A stretch of DNA of 63,908 bases, the filler included, from Blastocystis sp. subtype 4 (taxonomy: Eukaryota): assembly GCF_000743755.1 (NCBI RefSeq). It is 3 parts of 3 records of this genome, joined end to end, with 100 filler letters (N's around TTAATTAATTAA, not from the genome) between each part and the next. Parts side by side here need not be neighbours in the genome. Positions count along the whole stretch, not along the records: positions 24,428 to 48,735 come from NW_014569385.1; 2 more parts are not named here. One strand, 5' to 3'. The number at the start of each line of letters is the position of its first letter. Position 1 is the first letter of the stretch. The translations under genes were made by a program, and so were the position numbers. The notes beneath the pieces are model-generated. The model made no database searches and was not told the origin of the DNA. It saw nothing but the letters and a program-made list of their open reading frames with translations. Below, piece by piece: positions 25,387 through 38,467 of the stretch.

Positions 25387-26740
25387 CTAATAATAGACTC
25401 GTGTCTTTTTTCCCTGAAATAGATCCGTCCCTCTTAAGAGAGCATTGCATTCTTTACATACAACTGATTTCTCACTATTTAAATAACCACAACGCTTGCA
25501 CGCAATCATTCCTTTCCTTTCTTCAAGGAGACTCGACTCTTCTGCCTTTGCTGGATTCAGACCCAAATCATGTTTAGAGAAGATACTAATAGGCTCAGAA
25601 TCAGTTTGGCGAATACTATCTATCAGCTAAAATACGAGTACATACATAGAAAGAGATGGATCATCCACTTGACGATGAATCCACAAATAGTAAGCCAGTA
25701 CAGCAAGACAGAAGATAAAACTAGTAATACCAAAGACTTTCCAAACAGAAACAAGAGGAGGAATTTCTTCAACATTAGTAGATAGAATCACTAGATAAGA
25801 TAAAGGATTGATTAAGTACTGTTATTCGAGGAATCATACATCTCACATTTCGTCAACAGAGGAACACTAGCTGAAGGAACAGAAAAGACTATTCGTTGCT
25901 TGTTACCAGTTGACGACTCGTAAGTGTCTAGAATTTCCGCTACATTCGTGAGTCCATCGCAGTTTTACGTTTCTTTGTCATTATATAACATGCAATGGGA
26001 GCATTCACATTACTCGCCACATGGTAGGTAACACGCCGTCTCCATCGATAGATCTGGCGAATCTGGAAATAAGCTGTCTATAAGGATGAAATAAAGTCAA
26101 TACCATCTCCAGTAATAAAAGGAATGATCTTCGAACGATTGGCATGAAGATTAATATCATCAGGAATTGCTGTACATTGAAGACTATACGGCGTTGATGG
26201 TTTGAGTCCCGCCATATTAAAAAAAGTAGATCCTATCTATCATAATAAATAACTCAATGTTACGAATGGCATGACCAGTTACTGAAACTTTCTGTACTTT
26301 GCTGTCTTGACTTTGCTCCAATACTTCACAATGCACCTCACAAGAGTATGAAACAATAACAGTAACACCAATGGAAAACGGATTGACGTTCTTAAAGGAA
26401 ACAGTCATCAAAACAGATTTGGGAGTAGGAGTAGGCAATTCTGTTTCTTGGATATGATTAAATTGTGGTAAATTAGTTTTCTCTATCCGTAGTCCTATGT
26501 CTGATAGTAAAAATGAAAGGTTACCAGATTTCTTAGTATTTGGACTATTTGACAACTGTAAAATAGGCATAGTAGTCTATAGGATAAATTTCACTGGAAG
26601 GAAGAATACACTTTCACTTGCACCGATAACAAAAATAGCGCACCCTATACTAAATACACAACATCTAAGGCTTACAGAACAGCAAACTAACGTAGTCTGG
26701 CATAGTAATAAAAGAATAATAAACACAATGATTCTTATTA
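25387..26740 (-). CDS. Uncharacterised single-pass membrane protein: FN3-like ectodomain, TM helix, C-terminal zinc ribbon; 5' end uncertain
   Basis: GLKPSTPYSLQC FN3-type strand motif; TM VFGITSFIFCLAVLAYYLWI; CKRCGYLNSEKSVVCKEC; TAG+4 nt+TGTTTGTT. Confidence 0.55.
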
Positions 26741-27289
26741 CGTAACCTAATTACTCTTCAGTATCAGTGGATGACCCTTTCGTCTTGTGTACAACGATTT
26801 TGTGTATTAGGATAGCTTTCTAGCCGAAAGAAGTGAATTCCAATCATACTTCTGTAAGATGGTTTGCTGAATCTATTGAAGAAAATGGAAGGATTACTAG
26901 GTGTGACGGATATCATTTCGTTATCGATATCTCTGGAACTGGTTTTGTATTTAGGAATAAGCTATTGAACTGTAATCATAATTGATGCTTACACTGATGA
27001 GCATTATTTAGGATTCTGTTATGGAGAATCCTGCAAAAGTATTGATATCTCTTTTTCTCAGAATTTCATATTAGTATTAACGAATATCGTGCACTTTGGG
27101 TCATTAGATAGGAGAAATCGTTTCTATAGTTCTGAGTTTATTAATCGCCTCATAACTCATTTTGAAAAAAGGGGTAGGAGTGATTTCAATGACAGTATCC
27201 TACATTGCTTATTTTGATCGCATTGAGAGGGAAATAGGAAACGGAGAAACGGAGAAACTAGGTTGCTATCACAAACAAATCTTGTTAGA

Positions 27290-28235
27290 ATGGAGGACCA
27301 ACCAAAGGGGTTGAAATATAAGATCAGACCTTTTGCGTCGGGCGGTAGTGCAGCTTGTTTTTCGACATGTTGTGTAATTGCATACAGGTGGATGTTACAT
27401 TCAGATTTTCCCTTTCGATATGGTTAAAACGCGTATCCTATTGTCAACAAAGAATAGCAATGTCCCATCTACATTTACTACTGTGGTCAAATACATTTGG
27501 AAAAATGCTGGTATCAAGGGATTTTATCAGGGTTTGTCTGCTGCGTTTATGCGAGAGGCAGTTTATGGAACGGCTCGTCTGGGCATTTTCGATTCACTCT
27601 CTGCCGAATTGAAGAGATCACAGAAAGTGGAAGTGATTCCCTTGTGGCAAAAGGCATGTTGCGGACTTGTGGCTGGAGCCTTGGGAGGAATTATGGGTAA
27701 TCCTTTTGATATCGCTTTAGTACGTATGCAGGCAGATGGAGTGGCTCCTCCGGAACTGAAACGTGGATATCACAATGCTTTCCAAGCTGTATACAAGATA
27801 GCTCGAGAAGAAGGAATTCGTTGTTTATGGCGTGGGGCTGTTCCTGTCGTATGGAGAGCTATCGGTATGAATACTGGTCTGCTGGCCTCTTATGACCAAG
27901 GCAAAGAGTTTTTGATGCGACGTTTCCCTGATCACCACTACCTTTGTAGTTTTGGTGCTAGCGGTATTTCGGGTTTTATTTGTTCATTCACTGCGCTTCC
28001 ATTCGATCTGATAAAGGTTCGTATGATGAATATGCGTGTTGATCCTAAAACTGGTCAATTCCCCTATCGTGGATTCATTGATTGTATTATGAAGATTTAT
28101 CGAGAGGAGGGGTTCATGCGCTTCTGGAAGGGATATTGGGCTTTCTATTCTCGTTCTGCCCCTCATGGTATGATCACTTTGATGACTAAAGAGTTCTTTA
28201 CAGCTGGTTATAACAGGATCTTTCGATGTAATTAG
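27290..28235 (+). CDS. Mitochondrial 2-oxoglutarate/malate (dicarboxylate) carrier, SLC25A11/DTC-like
   Basis: PFDMVKTR, YGTARLG, NPFDIALVRMQADG, ASYDQ, PFDLIKVR, RSAPH. Confidence 0.9.
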
Positions 28236-28881
28236 TTGTTTACCGTAGCTTTTCACGCAATTAGTTTGGTGTGTTTGTTGTACAGACAATAAGAATCCAG
28301 AATTAATTGTTTGCAATTACTATTAATGAATATGGGTTGAAAGAACATTACTGAAGAATTGAAATATACAATAGATTAATAGTAGTGTATTATTCTCTAT
28401 CCTCTTCAATTCATTATAATTATTCTATGAGTCCATCATTTGCAAATCAATGTCAAACATTTAATCATAAAGAGAATGAGTACCATTTTTATTAATTCTC
28501 AATATTGGTCTAGTACTGTTGGCAACTTGTCAATCTACGAAGAAGTACTACCTAGTCCAATTCACTTATTTGAAGGATCTTTATATTCACCATTCGTAAG
28601 AGAGAAACAAACATACGTTAACAATCACTTACCAATTGATTCTATCCTTAAATGAAACACAACAGAAAGGTCCTAAATAGAACAAAAACAATTTGTATAA
28701 CAGAGTTTATACTCAACAGTAATGTAGGTCTAAGTCTAGTAAATCGTGATTTGGGATTCCATTGCGTCGTAATTCAAATATATAAAGTAAAGTTATTGTT
28801 TGACTGACTGCCAAAAGACGAGCAAGTAACTCAACCTAAACTGGGCGCTACGACATACAGTTAAGATAAATCCGCATAAAA

Positions 28882-30321
28882 ATGGAACAAGGAAGAGAAT
28901 ATATTCGACGTGCTGTTGAGCTTGATAATCAGAGTAATATTAAAAGAGTTATTGTAACGTAGACAAGTATGAAGAAGCCATCCAGAACTACAAAGAAGGA
29001 ATAAGCTATTTGATGAAGGCTATTGTATGTATGTAATTGAAATCCCTGAATTCTCTTTAGATGAGAAGAATCCTTATGTAGTATCTAATATGAATGCCCG
29101 AATTGAATCATACCTCAAGAGGGCAGAAGATTTAAAGAAAGTTGTAGATGGTATGATCCAGATCTTTTTTAAGTAACGTAGAAAAGAAGAAGGAACCCAA
29201 AAAGAAGGCCGAAGGAGGAAAGGATGACGAGGATAAGAAGCTTCAAGATGCATTGGCCCAAGCCATCGTGACTGAGAAACCGAATATCAAATGGGAGGAT
29301 GTTGCTGGTCTGGAGGTTGCAAAGGAAGAGTTGATGGGAGCTGTAATTCTTCCTTCTCTTCATCCCGAGTTCTTTGAGGGAAAGAGACAACCTTGGAGAG
29401 GTATTCTTCTCTATGGTCCTCCTGGAACAGGAAAGTCTTACCTTGCCAAAGCTGTTGCCTCGCAAGCTGACAGTACCTTTATGTCCGTGTCTTCTTCAGA
29501 TCTTGTGTCGAAGTGGCAAGGAGAGAGTGCACGGTAGATGTGAGGTTGATGAGTGATTCCTAGTCTTGTGAAGCAAATGTTCAATATGGCTCGTGATAGG
29601 AAACCTACTGTTATCTTTGTGGATGAAATTGATTCCCTTTGTGGCTCTCGAGATGTATGTCTGGGTTAGTTGAATCAGAGATAGGGAGGAAGTGGAAGTT
29701 CTGGTCAGCGTCAAGTCTTAAATGAATTCCTTGTTCAGATGGATGGTGTGGGTAAAGATCAAACTGGTGTATTGGTACTTGGAGCAACGAATGTGGTATG
29801 TGAGAGTGTTAAGAATGATCGATAGCCATGGGAGTTGGATGCTGCTATTCGTCGTCGATTCCAGAAACGTATCTATATTCCACTCCCAGATGAGGTGGCA
29901 CGTCGTACTATGTTCAAGATCCATTTTGGTAAGGAAGGCCATACTCTGAATGAAGATGACTTTGCCTATTTGGCATCACGTACAGAGGGCTTCTCTGGTT
30001 CTGATATCAGTGGTCTGGTGAAACAGGCTCTTATGGTCCCTGTGAAGCGTATTCAGAAGGCTAATTATTTCTATATGGATCAGAACCGTATGTTCCATCC
30101 TTGTGATGCTAATACTGCTGGAGCTATCAAGATTAGTCTCTTCGATCTGCCTAAGGGTAGTGTTTCCGTTCCTGTCTTTACACGAGTCAGAATGGTAAAA
30201 AATGAATGACATATAGGATGATATAGAAGAGTTGCTGAAGCGTGCTGTAAAGGCTGCTTCTGAAGCCGAATTGAAGCGTTATGTGCAATGGACTAAGGAA
30301 TTCGGTGAAGATGGTGTTTAG
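28882..30321 (+). CDS. VPS4: AAA ATPase Vps4
   Basis: MIT domain, [61 protein letters not shown]. Confidence 0.96.
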
Positions 30322-30343
30322 TAATGTTTGTAACAAACACATG

Positions 30344-32940
30344 ATAAACCATTCTCTTCAAACCCAGCTGCTTTGTGTACTTCTTTGATAGTTCCTTGAG
30401 GAAGAATGATTGGCATAAAGATATCCTCCTTTTTCGCCCGCACATTTGTAGGAATTGTTACAGTACCAACTCCTTCAATTCTATCTTCTCGGAAATGTCC
30501 TTCTACAAGTAACATACATCTTCTTCCAATTACCATAAACACTATAATTCTTGAAAATGTAGGATCCCCGTCCATCCCGCAGATCACTATGAAACATTCC
30601 TTTATAAACATCTCCAGTGCCATATGTCAGATTTCCACTTCCTTCCAATTGGTTCATTTTCATTTGACCACTGTACTTCACCACTTCGTCAACGTACTCT
30701 TCCTCTAAATGCCGTTCCGCTTCTTCTCGTGCTCTTCGATCGACTCCTTCTTCAGCCTCCTTAACACGATCACTTGTATGGGAAATGAGCCGTTGTTGCT
30801 TCGGATAGCACTCTTCGCCTGTGTCACGGTCAATCAGACGTAAGCGACGTTGTTGACAAGTAATATCACCCTTTCCATCTCGCATGTCGTTGCTCCACTC
30901 GCCTACATATGTATTACCACGAGCATCGACCAATGTGCCTGTTCCATTCCTCTTATCATCCTTCCATTCGCCATCATATACAGCTCCATTATGAAACAAA
31001 TACACTCCCTGATTGCACCGTAGACCCTCACGGAAGTTTCCCTATTCATGATCTCATCATTTGTCTCCTACTTCATACACATCACCGTTATCATAATAAT
31101 AAACACCATATCCATTGATTCGGCCATCAGCAAAGTCTCCTTTATAAACTATCTCATCTCCTCGTGTGTATTCACCTTTCCCATGTTCATGATCATTTAC
31201 CCACTCGCCACGATAAACGATCCCATTGCTATAGTAATATTCCCCATAACCTTCTCGTCGGTTATTGTGTACTTCACCTTTGTATACCTCACTGTTTGGA
31301 TATTCGACAGTGAATACACCATTACTCGTAACACCTTCTGTCTTCTCTTCAACAGAATCCTTTGATACACCATGAAGAGGACAATAATACTTCACACCAC
31401 GTAGTCTATAGTTGATAATTCCTAGTTCTCGTACCCATCCTCTCCATTGAATACAAAGATGTAATAAGTAGCTGAATGAGAGTCTTTTGGTTTCCAATAT
31501 CGTAAGCAACGACCATGCATGTAATTGTTACAACCAGGAACACAACATTTCTCTGTTAAACCCCGGGAACTCTGGCAAACACAACAGGTCTAATCCTCAT
31601 TCTCTCCATGAATAACAACATGCTGGAAATGCTCAATAGCCAGCGATGAGAGAGGCATATGTTCATTCATGGGGTTCTGACTATCAATGAATCAGCTCTA
31701 TTGTTCATACACATAGATGGGCTCCATTGTGGCATAACTGAGAACAGAGAGATAATTGGAGTATAGTACACATGATAAATGACACCACTCTCCTTCCATC
31801 GATCGCTTCAAGGCTCCTCCAGGAAATTGACAGCATACACATAGAGACTTAGCAAGTGGAGCTACGAGTCACACCTAACAAAGAGTTGCACCCTTTTCAT
31901 TCCATGCCTGATATAAACATGGGTCACATACCCAGTATCGTGTATTGATGGCCATTGTAGCTGGAGTAATCTCGAGTCCATAGCAGAGCTACAACTCAAT
32001 TCTCTCTCCTATGGTTACAGGATGAACATATACACCACACTGACTACATCGAATTAAATGGGTATTCAATGCAGCTCCTCCTTTCTCTCCAGGTGAATTA
32101 CACACGTCACATACATCCACGACTTCCTCTACATGTCATTTCCCCAAATCTATCTCACCAGTTCGGGTTGTTTTGCGGCGTCGATTCGCTGGATTTAACA
32201 AGCGTTTACGAATGGCCTCTAAGCTCTCTCCCTTTGTGCGAACACCGCTTCCAGTGATAAAGGTTCCTGTATTCGCTAAGTGATCATGAACATAACACTT
32301 GATTGTAGTCATAATAGCTGTATCTGCGTTGATGCACACGAGTGCCTTGAATAAGCCAAACTCATTTTCTCCCATTCCGTACAGCACAAAGATACCTGTT
32401 GAAGGTTCCTCGTACAGGAGATTGGATGCAAACCGAGAGTAATCGAGAGTTGACTTGGGGAGAGTGGAGGAATCAAAACTTTCCGCCTTCCCATAATAGG
32501 CAATTCCCAATCGAAAACTTTCTTTGATTGGAACACGCGAATTCTCCATGTAGAACGATCCCTCCCACAACCCACAGAACTCGCATGCATACTTTTTCAA
32601 ATGTGTAGATAAATACTTTTCAAAATCCTTATATTGCGTCTCTAAACCGCGCCGTCGACTCTCTGTGAATATGTCAAAGTTCTGCTTTTCATTTTCTGGG
32701 ATAAAGGGCCAAGTTTTACTCGATCGTCTATATACAAACGTTTGAGAACGAGTCACCGTCTCTCGGTTATCTTTAGATACATAATTCCAATGTCCCTTCC
32801 ATTCGGGATAGAACTGTTTATAACTCACAGTACCTCTCATCACCACCGTATTCCCTAACCATCACTCCCTTTAATAACAAACTACCATCTGTTATAGGAA
32901 CGCTCTCTCCACTCTGTCCCTTGCATTCCCGCTCTCCCAT
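30344..32940 (-). CDS. PHD/extended-PHD (PZP-like) plus MORN-repeat protein; stop inferred to be made by polyadenylation
   Basis: LIRCSQCGVYVHP..CYG..CDPC, GGALKRSMEGEWCHLSC, CCVCQSSRGLTEKCCVPGCNNYMHGRC..YYCPLH, then YxGxWxxxxxxGxG repeats in one spliced frame. Confidence 0.75.
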
Positions 32941-33080
32941 TCTCTGTAGTTATGGAGAAAGGATGAAATAGATATTTCTGGAATTCCCATTTCCGGACTT
33001 GTTGTAGGGACAATAATTGTTTTGATTCCTTTGCCTCCATTTTTCGTTTTCTATTATCTCCTTCGTGGTGGATATCTGGA

Positions 33081-35368
33081 ATGCTGGGACTGTCGTATCG
33101 AGTTCCATGCAGAAGACTTCTAAGGAATATCAGGATGAAAGGAAGAGTCGTTCCTCTTCTTCAAGTTGGGTTGTGAGTGTGCTCATTACTTCAGGTGTCT
33201 AGTCCGATATTTCGTACATATACCTCTCGGGGAAGTCTTCCTTTTTCGCAGAGTCAGCCGTTTCCAAGGTCGACAGATTCCTCAGGCACTTTTGTTTCAT
33301 CCCATTATAAAGTATCGTTATGTTTTATTTCCGAAGTAGATGGATGAGAATGCAATTGTGGAGTATTTAAATCGCAAGGATCTCCAGTACAAGGAGAATG
33401 CAGAGGAGTTTATGATTCGTGAATGTATGTTCTGCCCGAAGCCGCACTACAACAAAGCGGATAATCTCTACAAACTGTTGTTGTCACCTTTTATAGTCAT
33501 CTTTAGATATATTAGCAAAAAGACAGGAGCCTTTATTTGTCATCGTTGTGGTACTTGTGGGTCCTGGTTTGATTTCAAACGCAAGCAGGGTGATCTCCAG
33601 AGTGATCAGTCCGTTCAAACGGTTGTACCATCCAACGATAAGGTGAATCCATCTGTTCCAGACACAACAGACTCCTGGAACCAGGTTCACCAATTCGCCT
33701 ACAATGCTATTAAGGAGTATACAGCCAATCTACGTGATAAGGTGTATCCATCGGTGTGGAAGAGTCTCACAGATCGGACCCCCACTGGTCGCTGGTTAAC
33801 GGAGGAAACACTCCGGAAGTATTGTGTGGGAGCATGTCAGAAAACCTTCGTTCTGGATAATGGCGAGAGTCGAACTGAGGATTGTGTGGTCTTCCCCTGG
33901 ATCTCCCTCCAAGACGATGGGACTCCTCTGGTTCATCGCTACAAGATTCGATCCATTGAGACCAAGAGCCACATGCGTTTGGAACCTCATGGAGGAGATT
34001 GGGGTTTCTTCGGCTGGCACACGGTCCCTGCCAACTGCAAGTGTTTGGTTATCACGGAGGGAGAATACGATGCAATGGCTGTATATCAGGCCACAGGAAT
34101 GCCTTCTATCTCGCTTCCGAATGGTGCTACCTCTCTTCCTATTCGTCTGCTACCGTTACTGGAGCCTGTTAAGGAGATCATTCTATGGATGGACTTCGAT
34201 CGGGTGGGTCAAGAGAATGCTCAGCGATTTGCGAAGAAACTGGGTCAGGGACGAGTACGGATCGTTCCTCCTCCTCCTCCTCCTTCTTCAGATGGAGAAT
34301 TGGACGCATCCCAGGGTGTGAAGGATGCTTGTGATTGTCTTCGTCGAGGTCTCAATCTCCGGCAATTTATGGACCGAGCGAAAGCCTTGCCTCACGATCA
34401 GATTCTAACCTTCTCAGAATTGAGAAATGTTGTGATTTCTGTGATTCCTGAATTCTAGGATATTTACTACGATCTTCTGCATCCTTATGAATTGCAAGGG
34501 ACTCAATTCACATCACTTCCCTTTTTGAATCAGACACTCAAAGGCCATCGTCGGGGTGAACTGACTATTCTCACAGGACCCACAGGTTCAGGGAAGACTA
34601 CGCTACTGTCTCAAGTGAATCCTTCCATCTCTTCCTGACACTTAGTTATCCTTAGACCTCTTGAAACAGGGTGTGCCCACATTGTGGGGTAGTTTTGAGA
34701 TTGCGAATCGCCGACTTGGAACTACCATGCTCAAACAGTTTAGTGAAGTTCCTTTATCACCTGAGATGTCTCACAAACAGTTTGAGGCCATTGCTGATCG
34801 ATTCCAGCAGCTTCCCCTGTTCTATCTTCGATTCTTTGGAAGCACACAAGTGGAGCAAATTCTGGATGCGATGGAGTATAGTGTTTATGCTTATGATGTG
34901 GAGCATATCATTCTCGATAATCTCCAATTTATGATGGGAGCTACCTTCAAAGGATATGAACGATTTGATGCTCAAGAACGAGCCCTCCATGAATTCCGAA
35001 AGTTTGCTACGAATCAGAACGTTCATGTAACACTTGTGATTCATCCTCGGAAGGAGCCAGAGGAACAGGCTCTCAATATAAGCAGTGTGTTTGGTACCGC
35101 AAAGGCTACTCAGGAAGCCGACAATGTCTTGATTCTCCAGAATGAGAACGGAGTGAAGCGTTTGGAAGTGAAGAAGAATCGATTTGATGGAGATTTGGGT
35201 AGTGTATCCCTGACATTCAATCGGTCACGGTTGATTTTCCAAGAAAAAGTGAAGAATGATGTGAAGGAACCGCAAGGAAAACATGAGGTTTCAGACCCAG
35301 TTTCTATACAAGAGGTGAATAAAGCAAAGTTGTTAGGGAAAGCAGCACATGAGATTATTATGGGTTAG
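33081..35368 (+). CDS. TWNK: Twinkle mitochondrial primase-helicase
   Basis: Arg-rich presequence; CMFC/CHRC zinc finger; [56 protein letters not shown]. Confidence 0.95.
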
Positions 35369-35411
35369 TGTATTATAAGATTGTTTGATTCCATCATCAC
35401 AAACACATTCG

Positions 35412-36962
35412 CTATCTATTATACGCTTGAAATAGTTGTTCATATTCTCGCAATAAAACATCAAGAAACTTGGTTCGCCTTCCAAATGAAAGAGCATTGT
35501 CATTTGGGCCATTAGGGAGAATATTTAGATTGATACATGTCAAAAGGTTATTAACTATTCCTTAGCATCCCATCATCACTTCTACCATTCATTTGATTCT
35601 TTGCTGAGTGTTCCACTACGCGACCAAAAAACTCCACAACTCGCTTCAAAGTATAAAAACGCGCTGGTTCCAATAGCAATAGAATCATTGTTACACTCTC
35701 TGTGATCTCGTTGGGATCTGTGAGTATTTGAACTTCTTCAATAAAGGGATACAACATTAAAGGGAATAAACGTACTTTCACCAAATACAGTTTGATAGCT
35801 TGACACATATCAAACACAGGAATATAATTGTGTAGCAACCAGACATCTAATGTCATTCCATCCACCAGGTTATGCATTATCCGTTCACTATTCACACTGT
35901 CCCCACTATGACGGAATATTCCTACCACATCTACAGATTATTCGCTTCTTCCTTGTTTACCCAATCCATTCTTCTCCACATATTCACACGCTTGTTGGAT
36001 AAACCGAGATACATGAGTCTCATCACATTGTTCCTCGAGGGGAGGCATGATCCATCCTCCCTTTTCCACCACATGCTCTGTCTGGCCGGATAAACGGATC
36101 CCGTGACGTACCGAACCAGAATGCAACAGATCAATACTCCTAACAGAAGATGACTGAGACATCCTTGATGGACTCTGCCCATTGTTATTGATAGAGCTAG
36201 ATACACCTGGAGATAAGAATAGGAATACAAACAAACTTGAAGAAGAATCTCGGTTTAGAATAGACTTTTTCTATTAGGTATAGCCATTCAACAACATATA
36301 CAACGAAAATCCGCATGTCATCAGACACAACAATATCCAAATCCGCTGCAATATACTTCTATAAGTAATACCTTACAGAGAATACAACTTGTATTTGTTT
36401 CTCATTATTGATATATACAACCTTTCGCAGGGCCTTTGATGATAGAAATGATTTACAGTAGGTTAAGAAGAGTCGGAAACGAAGATTAGCCTTCCACACC
36501 CATCTAGATTAGAAGAGAACTTAATTCCTACACTGCTTTAACAGCCTTGCGGATCTCTTGAGAAACAAGCTCACGCAATTCTTTAACAGCTGCATACTCT
36601 CTATCAGTTTACGAAGCAACGGAATCCTACGACACTTTGATGTAGTCAAAAGATTCGATAATTAAAAAGATGCCATACCCATTTGGATATTTACTTAACA
36701 TCTACTCATGTCAATCCATTTCCACGATATACATGAACAAAAAGAGAAAACTCTTTAGTGATATCCTTTTTACCTGAAGTAAAGAGAGCAGGTAAATCTA
36801 GCATGAAGACAGGAAATCCATCTGCTGCATTTCCTAACGAATTACTGATGGAAAATGAACCGAACCAATTAATCGAAGCCAATTGATCGTTGCCATTTGA
36901 TTCTCGTTTACAAGAGGAAGGATAACATCAAGATCCTTCTTTGATTGGAATGATGTATGCAT
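35412..36962 (-). CDS. Sec14/BCH (CRAL-TRIO) plus RhoGAP protein, ARHGAP1-like
   Basis: GNAADGFPVFML..KALRKVVYIN N-terminal domain; EKNGL..VGIFRHSG arginine finger; AIKLYL; KNQMNVNNL. Confidence 0.8.
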
Positions 36963-37088
36963 TTAGCACACCTCCACCAACAAAATGACTATCTGACAGT
37001 CTAACGATGAGTTAAGAAGAATCCGTTAGGCGCAATTTGGGAGCCCAATACTCAGTTAGGCGCAATACTATGGACAACAAACAGACAA

Positions 37089-38206
37089 CTATTTGATATC
37101 TCGTAAATCCATCTCAAATCTATTATACAGTTTGGTGCTCTTGCGTGGTGATGAAGGAGCGAGTGTCTTGTCAAGAATCTATATAACACTATACTCTTAT
37201 ACTCTACTGCTTTGTCAACATCAGCCTGCATCTCTTTTAACTGGTCTGTGACCGTCTTTTCAACAAACGCTAGAGGAGGCGGAATCTCTCCTTGAGGCAT
37301 TTCTCCGAGTTCGTTCATGGTAAATCCAGCTGCCCGTCCTTCCATTGGTTTCTTTTCTCCTATTCGTGTAATGTATTCTTCGTATCGATCATCAATATAG
37401 CTACAGATATGCTTTTTCAGTTGCGAACTTCGATCCTTAAGGAGTTCCGTTTTCCTTCCCTCCTCCTTCATTGCCACAAATACACCATTCAGATTCCGAG
37501 AACTCCCAAGGAAATTGATAAGCTGATCCTGTATGGATGATGGCTTCTCCACATGAGGTAGTCGCAATGTGAGGATTGATAGTTCTGTTGCCAATTTTGG
37601 TTTTGTTCGTCCCATTCGATAGGCCTCCATCCGATCTACTTCAGTTTCTTTGTAAGCAAAGAGATAGACAATACTCCGCACATGATCCTCCAGGAAACTT
37701 AATTTGCAGTCAGATAAGAGTAGATAATTGTGGATATTACTGAGCAGAACCATTTTGGGATGATTGCGTTTCAAAAAGATGTCAACAACCTATACTTAAA
37801 TACAATCAACATTCACTACAGTAAATCTTGTCAGCAAATCCACATAGACTTGAGGGAGTTCGCCCTTCATCAGTTGGACATTCATTTTCTTTTCTAAATT
37901 GGATTTCGGAGTTTCATCTCTTTTTTGTGCAGTTTCAGCTTTTTTATCCCTCTGAAGCTTCGAGATGGACTCCAGAATGAACTGCCTTTTGGCTTTCCAC
38001 TCACTTTCAGGAGATTTACCTCCAGGTACTTCGTGTGCTGCAGAATGAATTGAGTTCACCGCATTCAACAGGGCATTCCGTCGACTTTGTTTTTGTGGAG
38101 AAGCTGCATGAGATACCATACCACATGACCCACTTGTGAGAGGAATTGGAGCAGAACGTTTTCTTGAGACACTTGTTTTTGCGTCCATTGGATTAAGACG
38201 ATCCAT
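37089..38206 (-). CDS. CDT1-like replication licensing factor (N-terminal/middle domain)
   Basis: LPQVYVDLLTRF..FLEDHVRSIVYLF..ICSYIDDRYEEYI..GFTMNELGEMPQGEIPPP resembles the Cdt1 geminin-binding domain; TAG then TGTTTGTT. Confidence 0.55.
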
Positions 38207-38467
38207 TCTGTCTCAGTATTCAAATCTGGATCTATTCATAAATGTATCCCATCCAAACACTCACTACTTATTGTTGTCACCAATTCAAATAGGGAATCAC
38301 CTGCACTAAAGAGAAATCACTTTTCTTCCTCCGAATTGATGGAAACCAGGTCTATTCGACACACAAATGGAGAATCTATGTAGATAGTTTAAAAACAAGG
38401 AGCCCAGAAAAGTGGACCGAATACGCCATATTGGGCATCTTTTCGATTTCAGATTTCTCCCCATCGA

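Noticed and set aside
28290..28860. AT-rich spacer before VPS4 as a hidden gene or ncRNA
   Set aside because: No convincing spliced frame or RNA structure found by eye.
36780..37000. Apparent box C/D snoRNA-like motifs and a short 18S-complementary stretch
   Set aside because: Most of the region is the first coding exons of the Sec14-RhoGAP gene on the minus strand, and the guide is not adjacent to a D box.
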